Positions 1-12,214 of a stretch of DNA of 64,000 nt are shown one piece after another. Made by a program: the position numbers and the translations under genes. How positions within the stretch are numbered: the first letter of the stretch is position 1; each line of letters opens with the position of its first letter. This stretch comes from the human T2T-CHM13v2.0 reference genome, Homo sapiens. A model generated the notes under the pieces. That model saw only the letters and a list, made by a program, of their open reading frames with translations. It was not told the DNA's origin and ran no database searches. The stretch is taken from NCBI RefSeq assembly GCF_009914755.1, contig NC_060937.1; one strand, written 5' to 3'.

Positions 1-1599
1 TCCTCTGGAATATTTGTAAAACTGCATTTTGATTATTTTAACATGTCGTCTACTACTAGACTTTGAACTCTTATAGAACTGTCTGAAACAGCACTAGAGA
101 CTGAAGAGTCCCCATAAAGGACATATGACTAAATTATGAAAGTATATGCCAAATCTGAGGACAGTGTCAAAATTAATGATGTTGCTGATATATTGTAGAT
201 CTTTGACTTCAATATGGTGAAATATAGCTTTCATTATGTGCTTCAACTATGTTATTGCCAGATTTGGATGAGTATTAGTAAAAGCAATTTATTTTCATTG
301 AGTTAGTGAGTCAATTCATAGGGCAACATAAGATTCTACTTTTTTTCCATCCAGAATTTTCACATGCCCTTTTCAATTCTAATTTTGATGGATAAAGTTG
401 AAATAATTTTACCATATCTGGCTGTGCTCATGTCTTCAGCACACATCTAGCAAGGATATAATGTTTAGAGAAGCATTAAGCATACAGTAATTCTTTACAA
501 AATCATACAGTCCTAGGAAAAGGAGCATAGTAAGTTAAAAAGTTTAAAAACAGCACGAAGAAATTTTATTAAAATTTAATAAAGGCTTTTTTTACAATAA
601 ATTGTGTCCTGTATTTATTCTCTTAAAACATTATTTCATATCTTTCATATTATATTCTTCAGTGAGAACAATTGAATGCAAAACTAAAAAATCAATATGA
701 TATTTTAACACAGGTATCCCATAGGTCAAATTCTGTGGGATTCAACTTGCAAGTCTTTGAAATTAAATAGATGTGCTCAAATATATTGGCTAATTGAATC
801 TCCTCTACTTCTCCCTCTAGTTATATACATACTCAAAGAACGTGCTCTTCTGAAATCAGAAATATTTTTGAGAAACAATACCTGTAAACTTGGATTGTAG
901 TGTCTGAAAGGATGATGGCAACATACACACTGATTAAATATAGAGATGGCCCACACCATTTATCTATGAATGATGATAGGAAGAAGATAGCTTCTTATTT
1001 TTAATTTATAAGTCTAAAACTTGAGTTCTAATATCTAACCTCTTAATGTGTATATAGATGCATTTGTAAAAGTTACCTTTAAATATTATAAAGCATTCCT
1101 TTTCTCCCATTTATTCTGAAAAACATTACCTTGGCAAGTTAAGCAAAAAAGTAAAGTCAACCTAAGCCATGTCTGAATAAGATCTTATTTTTGTTAGCAA
1201 TATTCATGCGTCAGTCTACTTTGTTATTTTATGTTATAATTGCCTGCTATGAAATGTCACCCTAATATCTATAAAAACATTTAAAATAAAAATTAAATTA
1301 TAGGGGGAATGACATTTTTATATATTTAAAATATGCATAAGCTATTTTCTCTCTACTTCATCCTACATTTAAAGTATAAAATCTTAAGCATTCATAGGGG
1401 AAGGAATAGTGAATGTCAAACAATCCAATTTATTTTTAAACATGAGAAATGCATTACCAAGGACGAGAAGCTCTTTACTCACCAAGCCAACCTGTTCCAT
1501 TGTGGGCTTGATATTCTACTGTGGTTCTCCCTCTTTGAAAGATTTGTCTTTCAATACGTCAGGTTTTTCTCCTAATCTCCCTGTACAGGTTCTATTGAA

Positions 1600-2520
1600 T
1601 GCTATAAATGTGTTTACTATACTTCCTCAAGATGATCTTTTTAATATTGAAGGACACATAGACAAAACATAGCTCCTCCCACACTCCCACTCCCATCCCC
1701 AGCTTCCCAAGCCTTCCTCTTTTCCAGATATACCATATTCCTGGTTGCCACAGGAAATGGGGTCCAGATTGCTTTGCTACAAGTGTTCCTCCTTTGCACA
1801 CACTACACTCTAGATATGCGTCATTGAAAATTTGGTGCCCAGAATTGAATATAATACTTTATATATGATCTGGCCAATCTAATTTAAGGTCAATCACATC
1901 ATTACATTTCTTCTTTTTCTTTTCGTTTCTTTTTTTTTTTTTCTTTCTTTCTTTTTTTTTTTTTTATGAGATAGCGTCTCACTGTGTTAGCCAGGCTAGA
2001 GAGTGAAGTGGCACAGGCATGGCTCACTGAAGTCTGTGTCTCCCGAACTCAAGTGATCCTCCCACTTCCACCTCCCAAGTAGCTGTGGCTACAGGTGTGT
2101 GCCACCATGTCCAGCTGATTTTTGTATTTTTAGTAGGGACAGTATTTCTCCATGAAATTTCTTAATATACATCCTGAGCATTTCTTAATCTGATGTAAGA
2201 GAATATTATCATTTTCAGTAGCAATCTAAACTTGCTGGATTATAATAGATTATGACAAACTCAGCCCTGCAAATCTTAACATCATTTTTTCAGCTTTACT
2301 GAAAAGCTAGGTCAAAGGCATTTTGTATTTACATTTTTCTTTGGCTCTAACTCATATTGAACATCACATGTAAGACTGTTATTTTTTGTCTTTTTTATTG
2401 TAGTCACTTAGAGATCATTTTTACCCTGATTCTGTCATCTGCCTTGTAGATTTTACTTTATACTATGTGCAGATAGGATAAACATACTTCATGGATCTTT
2501 ACCACAGTCAGTCATTAATT
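1600..2520 (-). mobile_element. Degraded CR1/L3 LINE fragment, interrupted by an Alu
   Basis: tggtgcccagaattgaatataatact...tgatctggcca at about 1833-1877 resembles the CR1/L3 motif. Boundaries approximate. Confidence 0.45.
1908..2154 (-). mobile_element. AluJ-type, 5'-truncated (right arm plus T/TTTC tail)
   Basis: ctcaagtgatcctcccacttccacctcccaagtagctg...tttttgtatttttagtag; heavily diverged. Confidence 0.85.
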
Positions 2521-2922
2521 AAAATAAGGCCAGTCTAAACTAGAGGCAGGGCAGCACTGTGCCCCCTAGTAAAATTTAGAACTCCTTTCTCTTGACATAG
2601 CTTTCACACAGTAACAATTATATTACAAAACTAAGAGAAGTAAATGAGATAAATGAGGATACGCAGGGAAACATTTAACATAAGATAGGTGCTCAGTAAA
2701 TACACTTAGCATCATTATTTTGGGCCTGAAACAGTACATAATTCTCATTTAACAAGATAAGACGCATTTCAGCTGGGCATCTGAAGGCTTGAAGGCTTCT
2801 CTAAATATCAAATCCTCTGTTAAATTGTTAAAATGTTTCAGACTTAAAAGTCTATTAATTTTTTTTCTCCATCAGAGTTTTTGAGGTAAGGAGGCAGATA
2901 ATATATTGTGTGTACAAAAGCA

Positions 2923-2925
<3 letters not shown>

Positions 2926-2979
<54 letters not shown>

Positions 2980-2985
2980 GAGAGA
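2926..2985. repeat. Compound (TG)n(AG)n microsatellite
   Basis: About 15 TG units followed by about 14 AG units. Confidence 0.97.
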
Positions 2986-4597
2986 TATGTAGAAGGGGGA
3001 GGGAGGAGGAGATAATGAGAAGTTATCAGAATTTTGGTATCTTTAGGGGAATTGACACTTCATAAATACATGAAATAAAAAAATAACTTCAGGCCACTAA
3101 CTAACATCTATTGTACCACCTACAGGGTCAGTATCAACATCTCCCCTAAAGGAGCTAGACTTGATTATAAAACTTTTTCAAATATGATGCCAGCGGCATT
3201 CAAACAGCAAGATGACTTTGATAATTCAAGTAGCATAATTCAAACACATGGCTCATAAATGAGGGATTACAATACCACAACCCACTGTGTAAAAATCTGG
3301 TTACAGAACTCTGTGTGTGTGAAAAATTAATTTCATATTAGATATAGATCCACATGTATCTTCTAACAAATTATTTGGAATATTCAAGCATATGTTATGC
3401 TTGTCTTCTTATGCACTGTGGTAGGAAATTGTGCATCCCGCTGTTAGGTAAACATCAACACGTGTGGATTCTCACTGAGTGCACATGATGCCAGACACAC
3501 AAAGCATACAAAGCACAGAGGTAAAAGGCTGCTTTGAACATTTTTCTTCTTTTCTACACGAGAGAGTTTGGGCAGTTTCCATTCCAATGTCTATTTCAGT
3601 GAAAAGAACTGCACTATGTATTTTTAAATGTCAACCAAGGAAAAATTCCCACTTACCATAAGAATCACGTTTTACCCTGACTTTTCTATATAATCCCATA
3701 TGTTTGTCATCTAGATTCTAAAAAGTAATCTTTCTCTAGTTTATTTATAGTTTACTGCTAACAATTTACAGTTGTTTACAAATGCTAAAGGGTGAAGAGA
3801 CCCTGGACAACTATTCATACTGGAATGTATAGATTATTAAAGTTGGTAATTTGGGAACTGGAATATATACTTGCCTTTTTCCCTAAATACTGTAAACACA
3901 TGTTACGTGTCAGGCAGCCTGTCATGTCCTGAAGTCCTACCCTTCTCTTGAAAGACAGCCAATTCCAAATGCCTATGTTTTATAAAACGTTGAGTTTGGA
4001 CTTTAAATTTAGATACTGCTGACCATCAAAACAATTCATCAAGACATTAAATATCTTCATTGCAAACTCGGCTATCCATCGTGCTATCATATGAATGATA
4101 AATGTATTGATAAGTGTCTAGTGGGAATTATCACAATATTTAGTAGTTGATAAAGTTATTCATTAAAATATTGTCATAACTTACTAAAACCAATAGCCAG
4201 AGTGGATTAGACTTAGTACTATAAATTACAGTGAATAATATTCATCAAGAATCAGAGAGTAAGAAAGTAAAAAAAAATATTCAATTACTGTGTATCTGTC
4301 TTTCTCAGCATAAACATAAGATCATAACTACAGATCAGATATTCAGTTACTGCTGATTAAGAATGAAAGTATGGCATAACAAATAATCTTGAATTAGAAG
4401 GAGTAAGGTAAAAAAAAATACAAAACATCATGTTTCACATTGTTAATTCAAATCCGATTTATTGACTCTAAATTAAAATACATATCTCTGCTCTTCAACA
4501 TGCCAAAAAGACCAATGGAACTTATGTTTTAGTAGAATGAATTTGAGGAAATGCCTGTTTATCCAATGTCAGATATTTGATTTTTGTTTTTGTTTTG

Positions 4598-5322
4598 TAG
4601 ACATGATCTTCATGGGCAATTTTAGTTTAAGTACACTGTCTGTAGCCTAATTCATAGTCAAAACTAAAAGTGAATCATGAAAATTATATTATTATGTCAG
4701 AGGAATTAATTTTTGAAATCAGTAGAGAAAAGAGGTTTCTAGAGATTAAAATACTTTAAACATCAGCAGGCAAAATGCAACCTTATAGTAAAGAAAATCT
4801 GATAGTTTCACAAATACTATTTTATTAATATGGCGATATTTTTCAATGTCCTAAAGTTACATATATCTTTGGAATATTGTCCAGGAAATCAGACAGCTCT
4901 CACCACTTGATATTGGATCCCTCTCACATACGGTAAGGGTTTTACAATCTAACTATGAAAATAATACCTATCTCATAGATTTAACTGAGTAGATTAAATA
5001 CGACAATGTATATGAAAGCTCCTGACAATGTTTGATGTTCAATTTAATCTTTACCAAATTGAAAAAAAATGCATTAACTGAAAGATAGAAAAGTCAGTCT
5101 TTTAACCATCAAAAAATATATTTATATTTAAAATAATAAAAGAGACCAGTGTATGCTATTTTTGAAAATTTAGATTTCTATTATTTCTAATACTAGACAT
5201 GGTCTTCATGGACAATTTTAGGTCAAGGACAGAGTCTGTAGCCTAATTCATAGTCAAAACTAAAAGTAAATTATGAAATATATATGTTATATCAGAGAAA
5301 TTATTGGAAATAGTATTAGAAA
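4598..5322 (+). repeat. Diverged ~130-bp direct repeat pair (4598-4730, 5194-5322)
   Basis: Identical 34-nt core gtctgtagcctaattcatagtcaaaactaaaagt at 4638-4671 and 5234-5267, with alignable flanks. Confidence 0.92.
4880..5045 (+). mobile_element. MIR fragment
   Basis: aaaataatacctatctcatag...agattaaatacgacaatgtatatgaaagc, MIR core and 3' end. Confidence 0.6.
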
Positions 5323-6156
5323 TAATAAAGCAAAATTTAAAATATATATATAATGTGACTACCATTGGATTACTTTCTCTCCTAGAAGGTTTAGTGGTTT
5401 TTTTTTTTTGTTATTATTTTTTTAAACCTCAAACTTTCAAAGGTTCCCAAAGTGCTTTTAAATTCAAGGAGAATCCTGAGTCATAAGTGGTCAAAGAACT
5501 AGAGAATATGAGCTTACATAAGCCTTGGAGTCACCAGATTCAGTTAAACAGGCGTTTAGGGGTTTCCTCTGGGAAAATGTGCCTGCATTCTGCCCATTCT
5601 GAGATTCAGAGATTTGTGAAAGCAATCAGATCCTTTTTACTACAATTTTTCCCTCTAGGCATCTTATGGTTAGTTTTATGCTTAAACCAACACCTTAGTC
5701 AAGGAACAACATCTTCATTGGACTGTACCTTTCAGGTACACAATGTTTGATGTTCATAGAGGGAAAAAATATTCTTCAACTCCTTAGAACCTACATTTTT
5801 TCTTTTCTCTGGTGGGTGGCTCCTGCGAGTTAAAATACCTTATCTGGCACTGTATTCTTTTGAACTCAGTAAAAAATAGGGAACACTTCCTCACTTCAAT
5901 GACTCCCACCAGCCCTTTCACCTTACTGGGTTCTTAAATTAACTTTTAACTTGCTAAACACAGAACAAAAATTAGAGAAGACAAAACTTTTCATCTAATA
6001 CTCTCTTTTCCTTGATCAGCATTTGACACCAGTCTTCAATCTAAGAGATTTTTTAAAACTTTCATGAATGTCTTCACAGATAGTGAAAGATACAAAAATA
6101 ATGACTGAGTTCTAAGGGAGAAAAAAGAAGATGCAGAGCATGAAACAGTGAGATGA

Positions 6157-6582
<426 letters not shown>

Positions 6583-8924
6583 TGAACACCCGATTTTATC
6601 TTTAATGGAGAATGATGTTGGGTACAACGGTGGAGACAGAAAATGAACAACTAAGTTGTAGCATCTTTGGACTTGAAAGTGGAATGTGAAATAGGTGACA
6701 AATTATACATGTTAGGACTTAAAATAGACAAAGTGTAAGAGAACTCTATTTATAAACAAAGGTATCTGCAAAGGAAAATCATTGGGGATTTGAGATTAAG
6801 GAGGAATCTTGGTGGGCTTAATAAAAAAGCAGAGATCAGAAGGTAAAGGATGTGGTATAGAACAAGCAAGAACACTGGAAAGATAGCTTCAAGTGTTTTG
6901 TAAGGGTTCTTTTCTATTGGGCGTCCACTAACTGGGCAGTGCATCACAACCACAGTAAACAATTAAACAAGGAAATGCATGCATCAGTGTGAATAACGTA
7001 CGATTATGATACACTGTCATTCAGCATAACAAGGAGGAGGTATCACTACAGAAACAGTGAAGCTCTTATGTGTGAAAGGTATGCTTCTCTTATGGAGTAG
7101 ACAGTCATTTTGGAAAAACACTTAGTAGATTTGCTGTCAGCTCATTTAAAAAGAGTAGAGAGTAGTGCCTTATTCTGGAGTCAAATAAAAAATCTATATA
7201 TATGCACAATTATTAATTATATTTCTTTTATTTTGAGTTTTGTTATGTAGTAGGAATTCCCACTTTCCAAATACTAGCGGAGGCATTCTCTAGGGTGGCA
7301 GAAAAACAAACAAATACAAATCTTAAGCTAATTTTACAACTGGCTACATAATTGCTTTGGCAACAGTCATAGACCAGCCTCTACTCCAAAATGTATTCTT
7401 ATATTGAAAATAGATGATTAAAAAAAACAATATGCCTAGAATGAGGGAGCCTGGCAGAATAAATATGATTGCTTTCCTTGTAGTCCCCAGTGGTTGGCTG
7501 CCATTTTTTTTCTTCTGTAAGATGGACATACACACACATCATTACAGATGACATGATAGCTTTGGAAAAGAAACTAATGCACTTCCAAATATCAAATAGC
7601 AATTTAGGATTAATTATGTATAAATAGCACAAATATGAAAGAAGTACATTTCCTCACCTTGTTCATGTTAAAAATAACCTCAACTAAAAGATATCTTTGA
7701 CAAAAAATGGCTCTACTTATTTTGTCCAGATGTAGAGATATGAAAAAAAATGAAAGGAAATCTCAAAAACGCATTTGTAAGACAACACAACAAATGTCTA
7801 ATTGAATGAAAAATCATTGCAATTAAATGTACAATAGGTTGAAAAATTCCTAACACAATAAAATTAAAAAGCAGAACAGGAAATGAAATAAGACATCCTT
7901 TAGACATTACTGACACATTTAAATAATTTTAGTAACTTGGCTTGAAGACAAGAAAAAAAAACAGTTTATTACAAATGAATGCAAACAAATCCTGGAACCA
8001 ACACACAAACAGAAGGAATATAAGCAAATCCAAAAAATGCTCCAGGGTACAGGACAAGAAAGAAGATGTTTTTATGGAAGGAAGAATAGCTGCAAAGCAC
8101 TCAACTCAATGCATAGCTGCAGTGAATAGAACAAACAAGAGGCTGGCTGCATTGTGCTATTGAAGTACAAAAGAATAAATCAAAGTAAGTGGAATAATGA
8201 TAAAACACTGCTTGGATTCATAGTACTTACTATATAACTAGCACTTTGTTAGGAAGCTATGGTGAGGGCATTACTTTTGATATCCATGAGACACTAAACA
8301 CAGCTGCCTAAAAAGCCCCTGGGTACAATCATCCTATGAAGTTCAAGCGTAAGACATCATCATTTGTGAATAGCAACAACTTCAAAATAGATGAGAATTG
8401 ATGAGGGATGAGACAAGTGCCTTTCAAATGGGATGGTCTATTCTTAGTAATTAAAAACAGGCAATCATTAGCAGAAAGATTCTGAAACTTTGTTGGTTTA
8501 CAGAAAAATAGTAGAAAAACAAATAATTACATTTCTGGATAGGAAAACCAGCTTACATTTAAAGAAAAAAAATCTGATTTTATTCAAGTATCTTTCCCAG
8601 CCTCTATCAATTAATATTTTCTAGTCTCAATATGAATAATCTTAATTGACTTAAACTATCTCAAGGTCTGACTCCCTTCTTAGGTCTATGCAAGAAAAAG
8701 GGATTCTTAGCTGCAACATGAGAAGAATTAACTCACAGTGTATTTCATTGACATGATATAAATAAGGCATAGAATGGGCACTAGGATCAAGGAACATATT
8801 AGGTTATTTCCTTTAACTTGTCATAATAATTCAAAAAATTAACTAGAGAGCAATTGCTTATTGCTAGAAAATTTCTGATAATATTGAGTGTGATGTTGTG
8901 GTAACAATTGCAGGTTCTACAGTC

Positions 8925-9110
8925 ACAATTCAAATCCCAACTCCAATCCTGTTGTATGACCTTGAGCAAATTACTACACCTTTTACACCTCAGTGATCTC
9001 CTGGGTAAAAAATGAAAGGTGTTAATACATTTTGAGTTTTCAATGAGATAATTCAATAATTCATGCAAAGTATTTCAGATATACCTGACAATAATAGGTT
9101 GTCAGCTAGT
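8925..9110 (+). mobile_element. MIR
   Basis: ttcaaatcccaactcc...tgtatgaccttgagcaaattact...cctcagt, MIR core. Confidence 0.75.
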
Positions 9111-9225
9111 AGTAGTTAGACAGCCATCTATGTAATAGTGATCTACTAAATGCAGTTAACTGAACTATTAGTGAAATATTATAACTTGCAGTTTTGATTT
9201 ATGAGTTAGGGAAGTGTTTTATATT

Positions 9226-9593
9226 AGTGTTAGTCCGTTTTCATGCTGCTAATAAACACATACCCAAGACTGGGCAATTTACAAAAGAAAGAGGTTTAAC
9301 TGGACTCACAGTTTCATGTGGCTGGGGAGGTCTCACAATCATGGCAGAAGGCAAGGAGGAGCAAGTCACATCTTACATGGATGGCGGCAGTCAAAGACAG
9401 AGCTTGTGAAGGGCAACTCCCACTTTTTAAAACCATCAGATCTTGTAAGACCCATTCATTATCAAGAGAACAGCACAGGAAAGACTCACCCTCATAATTC
9501 AATAATCTCCCACTGGGTCCCTCCCACAACACATGGGAATTATGGGAGCTACAAGATGAGATTTGGTTGGGGATGCCAAGCCAAATCATATCA
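9226..9593 (-). mobile_element. THE1 (THE1A-like) MaLR solo LTR
   Basis: The reverse complement starts TGATATGATTTGGCT...CCAAATCTCATCTTGTAGCTCCCATAATTCCC and ends ...GCAGCATGAAAACGGACTAA, about 365 bp. Confidence 0.93.
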
Positions 9594-10949
9594 TTCAATA
9601 AGGGATATATAATAATATATGATTCTGAAGCATATTACTTGAAGATATTTCACAAAATAAAATAACAAAATCATTTACAATGGGTTATTTTACAAGGTGT
9701 GGGAAAATAATATGTTTTCTAGAATTCTATTTCTGAAACTCCAGAATTATTTCCAATGCCTTCTATAAATATCTAATTTGTGTATATTCTTGAATTCATA
9801 ACCATAGAAATGGGACAAAGAAATAAAACAGTGTGTATATGGAATTTGGGGAAGGAAATATCTCTAGTGTTATAGGGAGGTAGAACAGGAGAACTTTACA
9901 GGTTTATCTAAGATAACCTTAAGCAACACTTTAAAAATACATGACCTGTTCTTAATTTAGTAGTGACATTATTTTATGTATAAACTATTAAATCTGAGTA
10001 TAACACAATCCTCTCTTTAAAGTAAATTTACACTTGTGTAAATGTAACTTACTATTGTATTGAATACTTGGGCTAGAGAGCCAAGCCGCTAAATTAAAAA
10101 ACAAGTTGTGTTCTATTTTTGTGGAACACTGGTGTCTCAGAAGTTCTCTTTGTGGTAATGTCATCATTTCTGAAACTAACATTTATCTCATGTGCCATGG
10201 AGAAACTCTGGTTAACATTTTCAAAAACCTAAAAATATTCTACTGTTGGTCTAAATTGAAATGCTTGATTGTCATAATGTGCCTTTTATGTCCTTAATGA
10301 ACTTCTCCTCCATAAATAATATTTATTTGTGATGTCAGAATCCTGCCTCTTCCTCTCCAATGCCAGGCAAATGATGCAACAAAACTTTATGCCACAGTTT
10401 TGCTCCTGCTTTCTCCTTCCAGCTTAACTTAATGGTTCCTCTCTACCTTTCCAAATTTTCTTCCTCCATCAAAACTTGGCTCTGTTTTTTCCATTTTTTT
10501 ATTTTGTTGCCTTCTTGTTCCTGTACTCTAAATTGATTGTATTTATACTTTAATTCCATTCAATATAGCATATAGTTGCCCTCCAAATGTCATATATGTA
10601 AGTATAATTTACCCTCAATCAGACTATCACTTTGATAAATTTAATACAAATTTAATTTTGTATGCCATCAAAACATACTCACAAAGCAGCCACTCAATGG
10701 CAATGTGTTCACTGGTTTAAATCCAAGGTATCAGCAACTACTTTTTTACTATGACACAAGTTAATGGGAAAGAAGTCCCTTTATAGGAGGATGTTTACAA
10801 ATATATAAATCTCATGAAACAAAACTGTCATCCACAAAATACCTCAGTGCATAAGGTCTATCAGCCCACATTATCTTAATTGAAGATAAATAATACTGAC
10901 CTCGTGAAGTCCTCCACATTTCTTCCTTTTTATGATGTCACAATTCACA

Positions 10950-11380
10950 AACTCACAACTTCACACTATCTAGAGAATGACTTTCAAAGTCTTTATCATG
11001 ACATTCAGTGTCCTTCAGTGTCCAGATAAAATTAAATACTTTTTCTCATTTTTCTCATCTTTTATTTTCAACACATGCTGCACACATTCAGTCAAACCAG
11101 GGTTCTTCACCACCCCTTGAAGCCCTGGACAAACTTTGATTTATGTTTTTCCCTCTGCCTAGAAATCCCTTTATATATATCTACATCACCTCTAAGGCTC
11201 TGATCAAATGCTACCTACGAATGTTCAATTATTTCTAGAGGTGAAAATAATAATTTAACTCCTTTTTAAACCTTGAACACAGCTGTGAGTTACATAGAGA
11301 CTAAGGCTGGGTTTTAACTCATTTTTCATTATGCTTACAGTGTCACAGGTGTGTTGCCAGATATATAATCAGCACTAATG
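10950..11380 (+). mobile_element. L2 3' fragment
   Basis: tgtttttccctctgcctagaaatccc...caaatgctacct, L2-like motifs. Boundaries approximate. Confidence 0.5.
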
Positions 11381-11813
11381 TGTGTGTGTGTGTGCATTTG
11401 TTTGTTTGAAAGAATGTGTCCCATTTTCAGGTATCCAATGAATGTAGAATACCTCTGTCTCCCTTTCTCTAACAAAAACAGCCATATTTCATTTGCTGAC
11501 TGAAGATATTCTAACTCAGCCTTTCTCACATTGTGTTCCATGGACTACCAGTCCCATTAAACACCCCTTGAAATAATGGTTCTAAGCACAACCATTTCTT
11601 TAATGAGGGAATGTTCCTTTTATGAGAGAGTAATAAAATGCATTAGTTTATTAAAGGAGTTAAAAAAAGGCCTTCAAGAAAGAAACCTGGGGTTTTTAAT
11701 ATTTGCCTTTGTTACACTATGATATAGTGGCTGTGTTAGGATTTTGTGTTTGTGTTTGCTTGTTTGTCGCTGCTGCTTTTCCACAGAACACCTTCTCATT
11801 GGACATTGTTTGA

Positions 11814-12214
<401 letters not shown>

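Noticed and set aside
3657-3717. 61-nt AG/GTAAGT-bounded segment on the minus strand, plus isolated strong donors near 26972, 28918, 33000 and 57080
   Set aside because: Weak or absent pyrimidine tracts; expected by chance in a long intron.
9194-9612. Three overlapping ORFs and a possible DUX4-driven LTR promoter
   Set aside because: The ORFs lie in the THE1 LTR. The DUX4-type motif position reads TTATTGAATTA, degenerate from TAAYYBAATCA.
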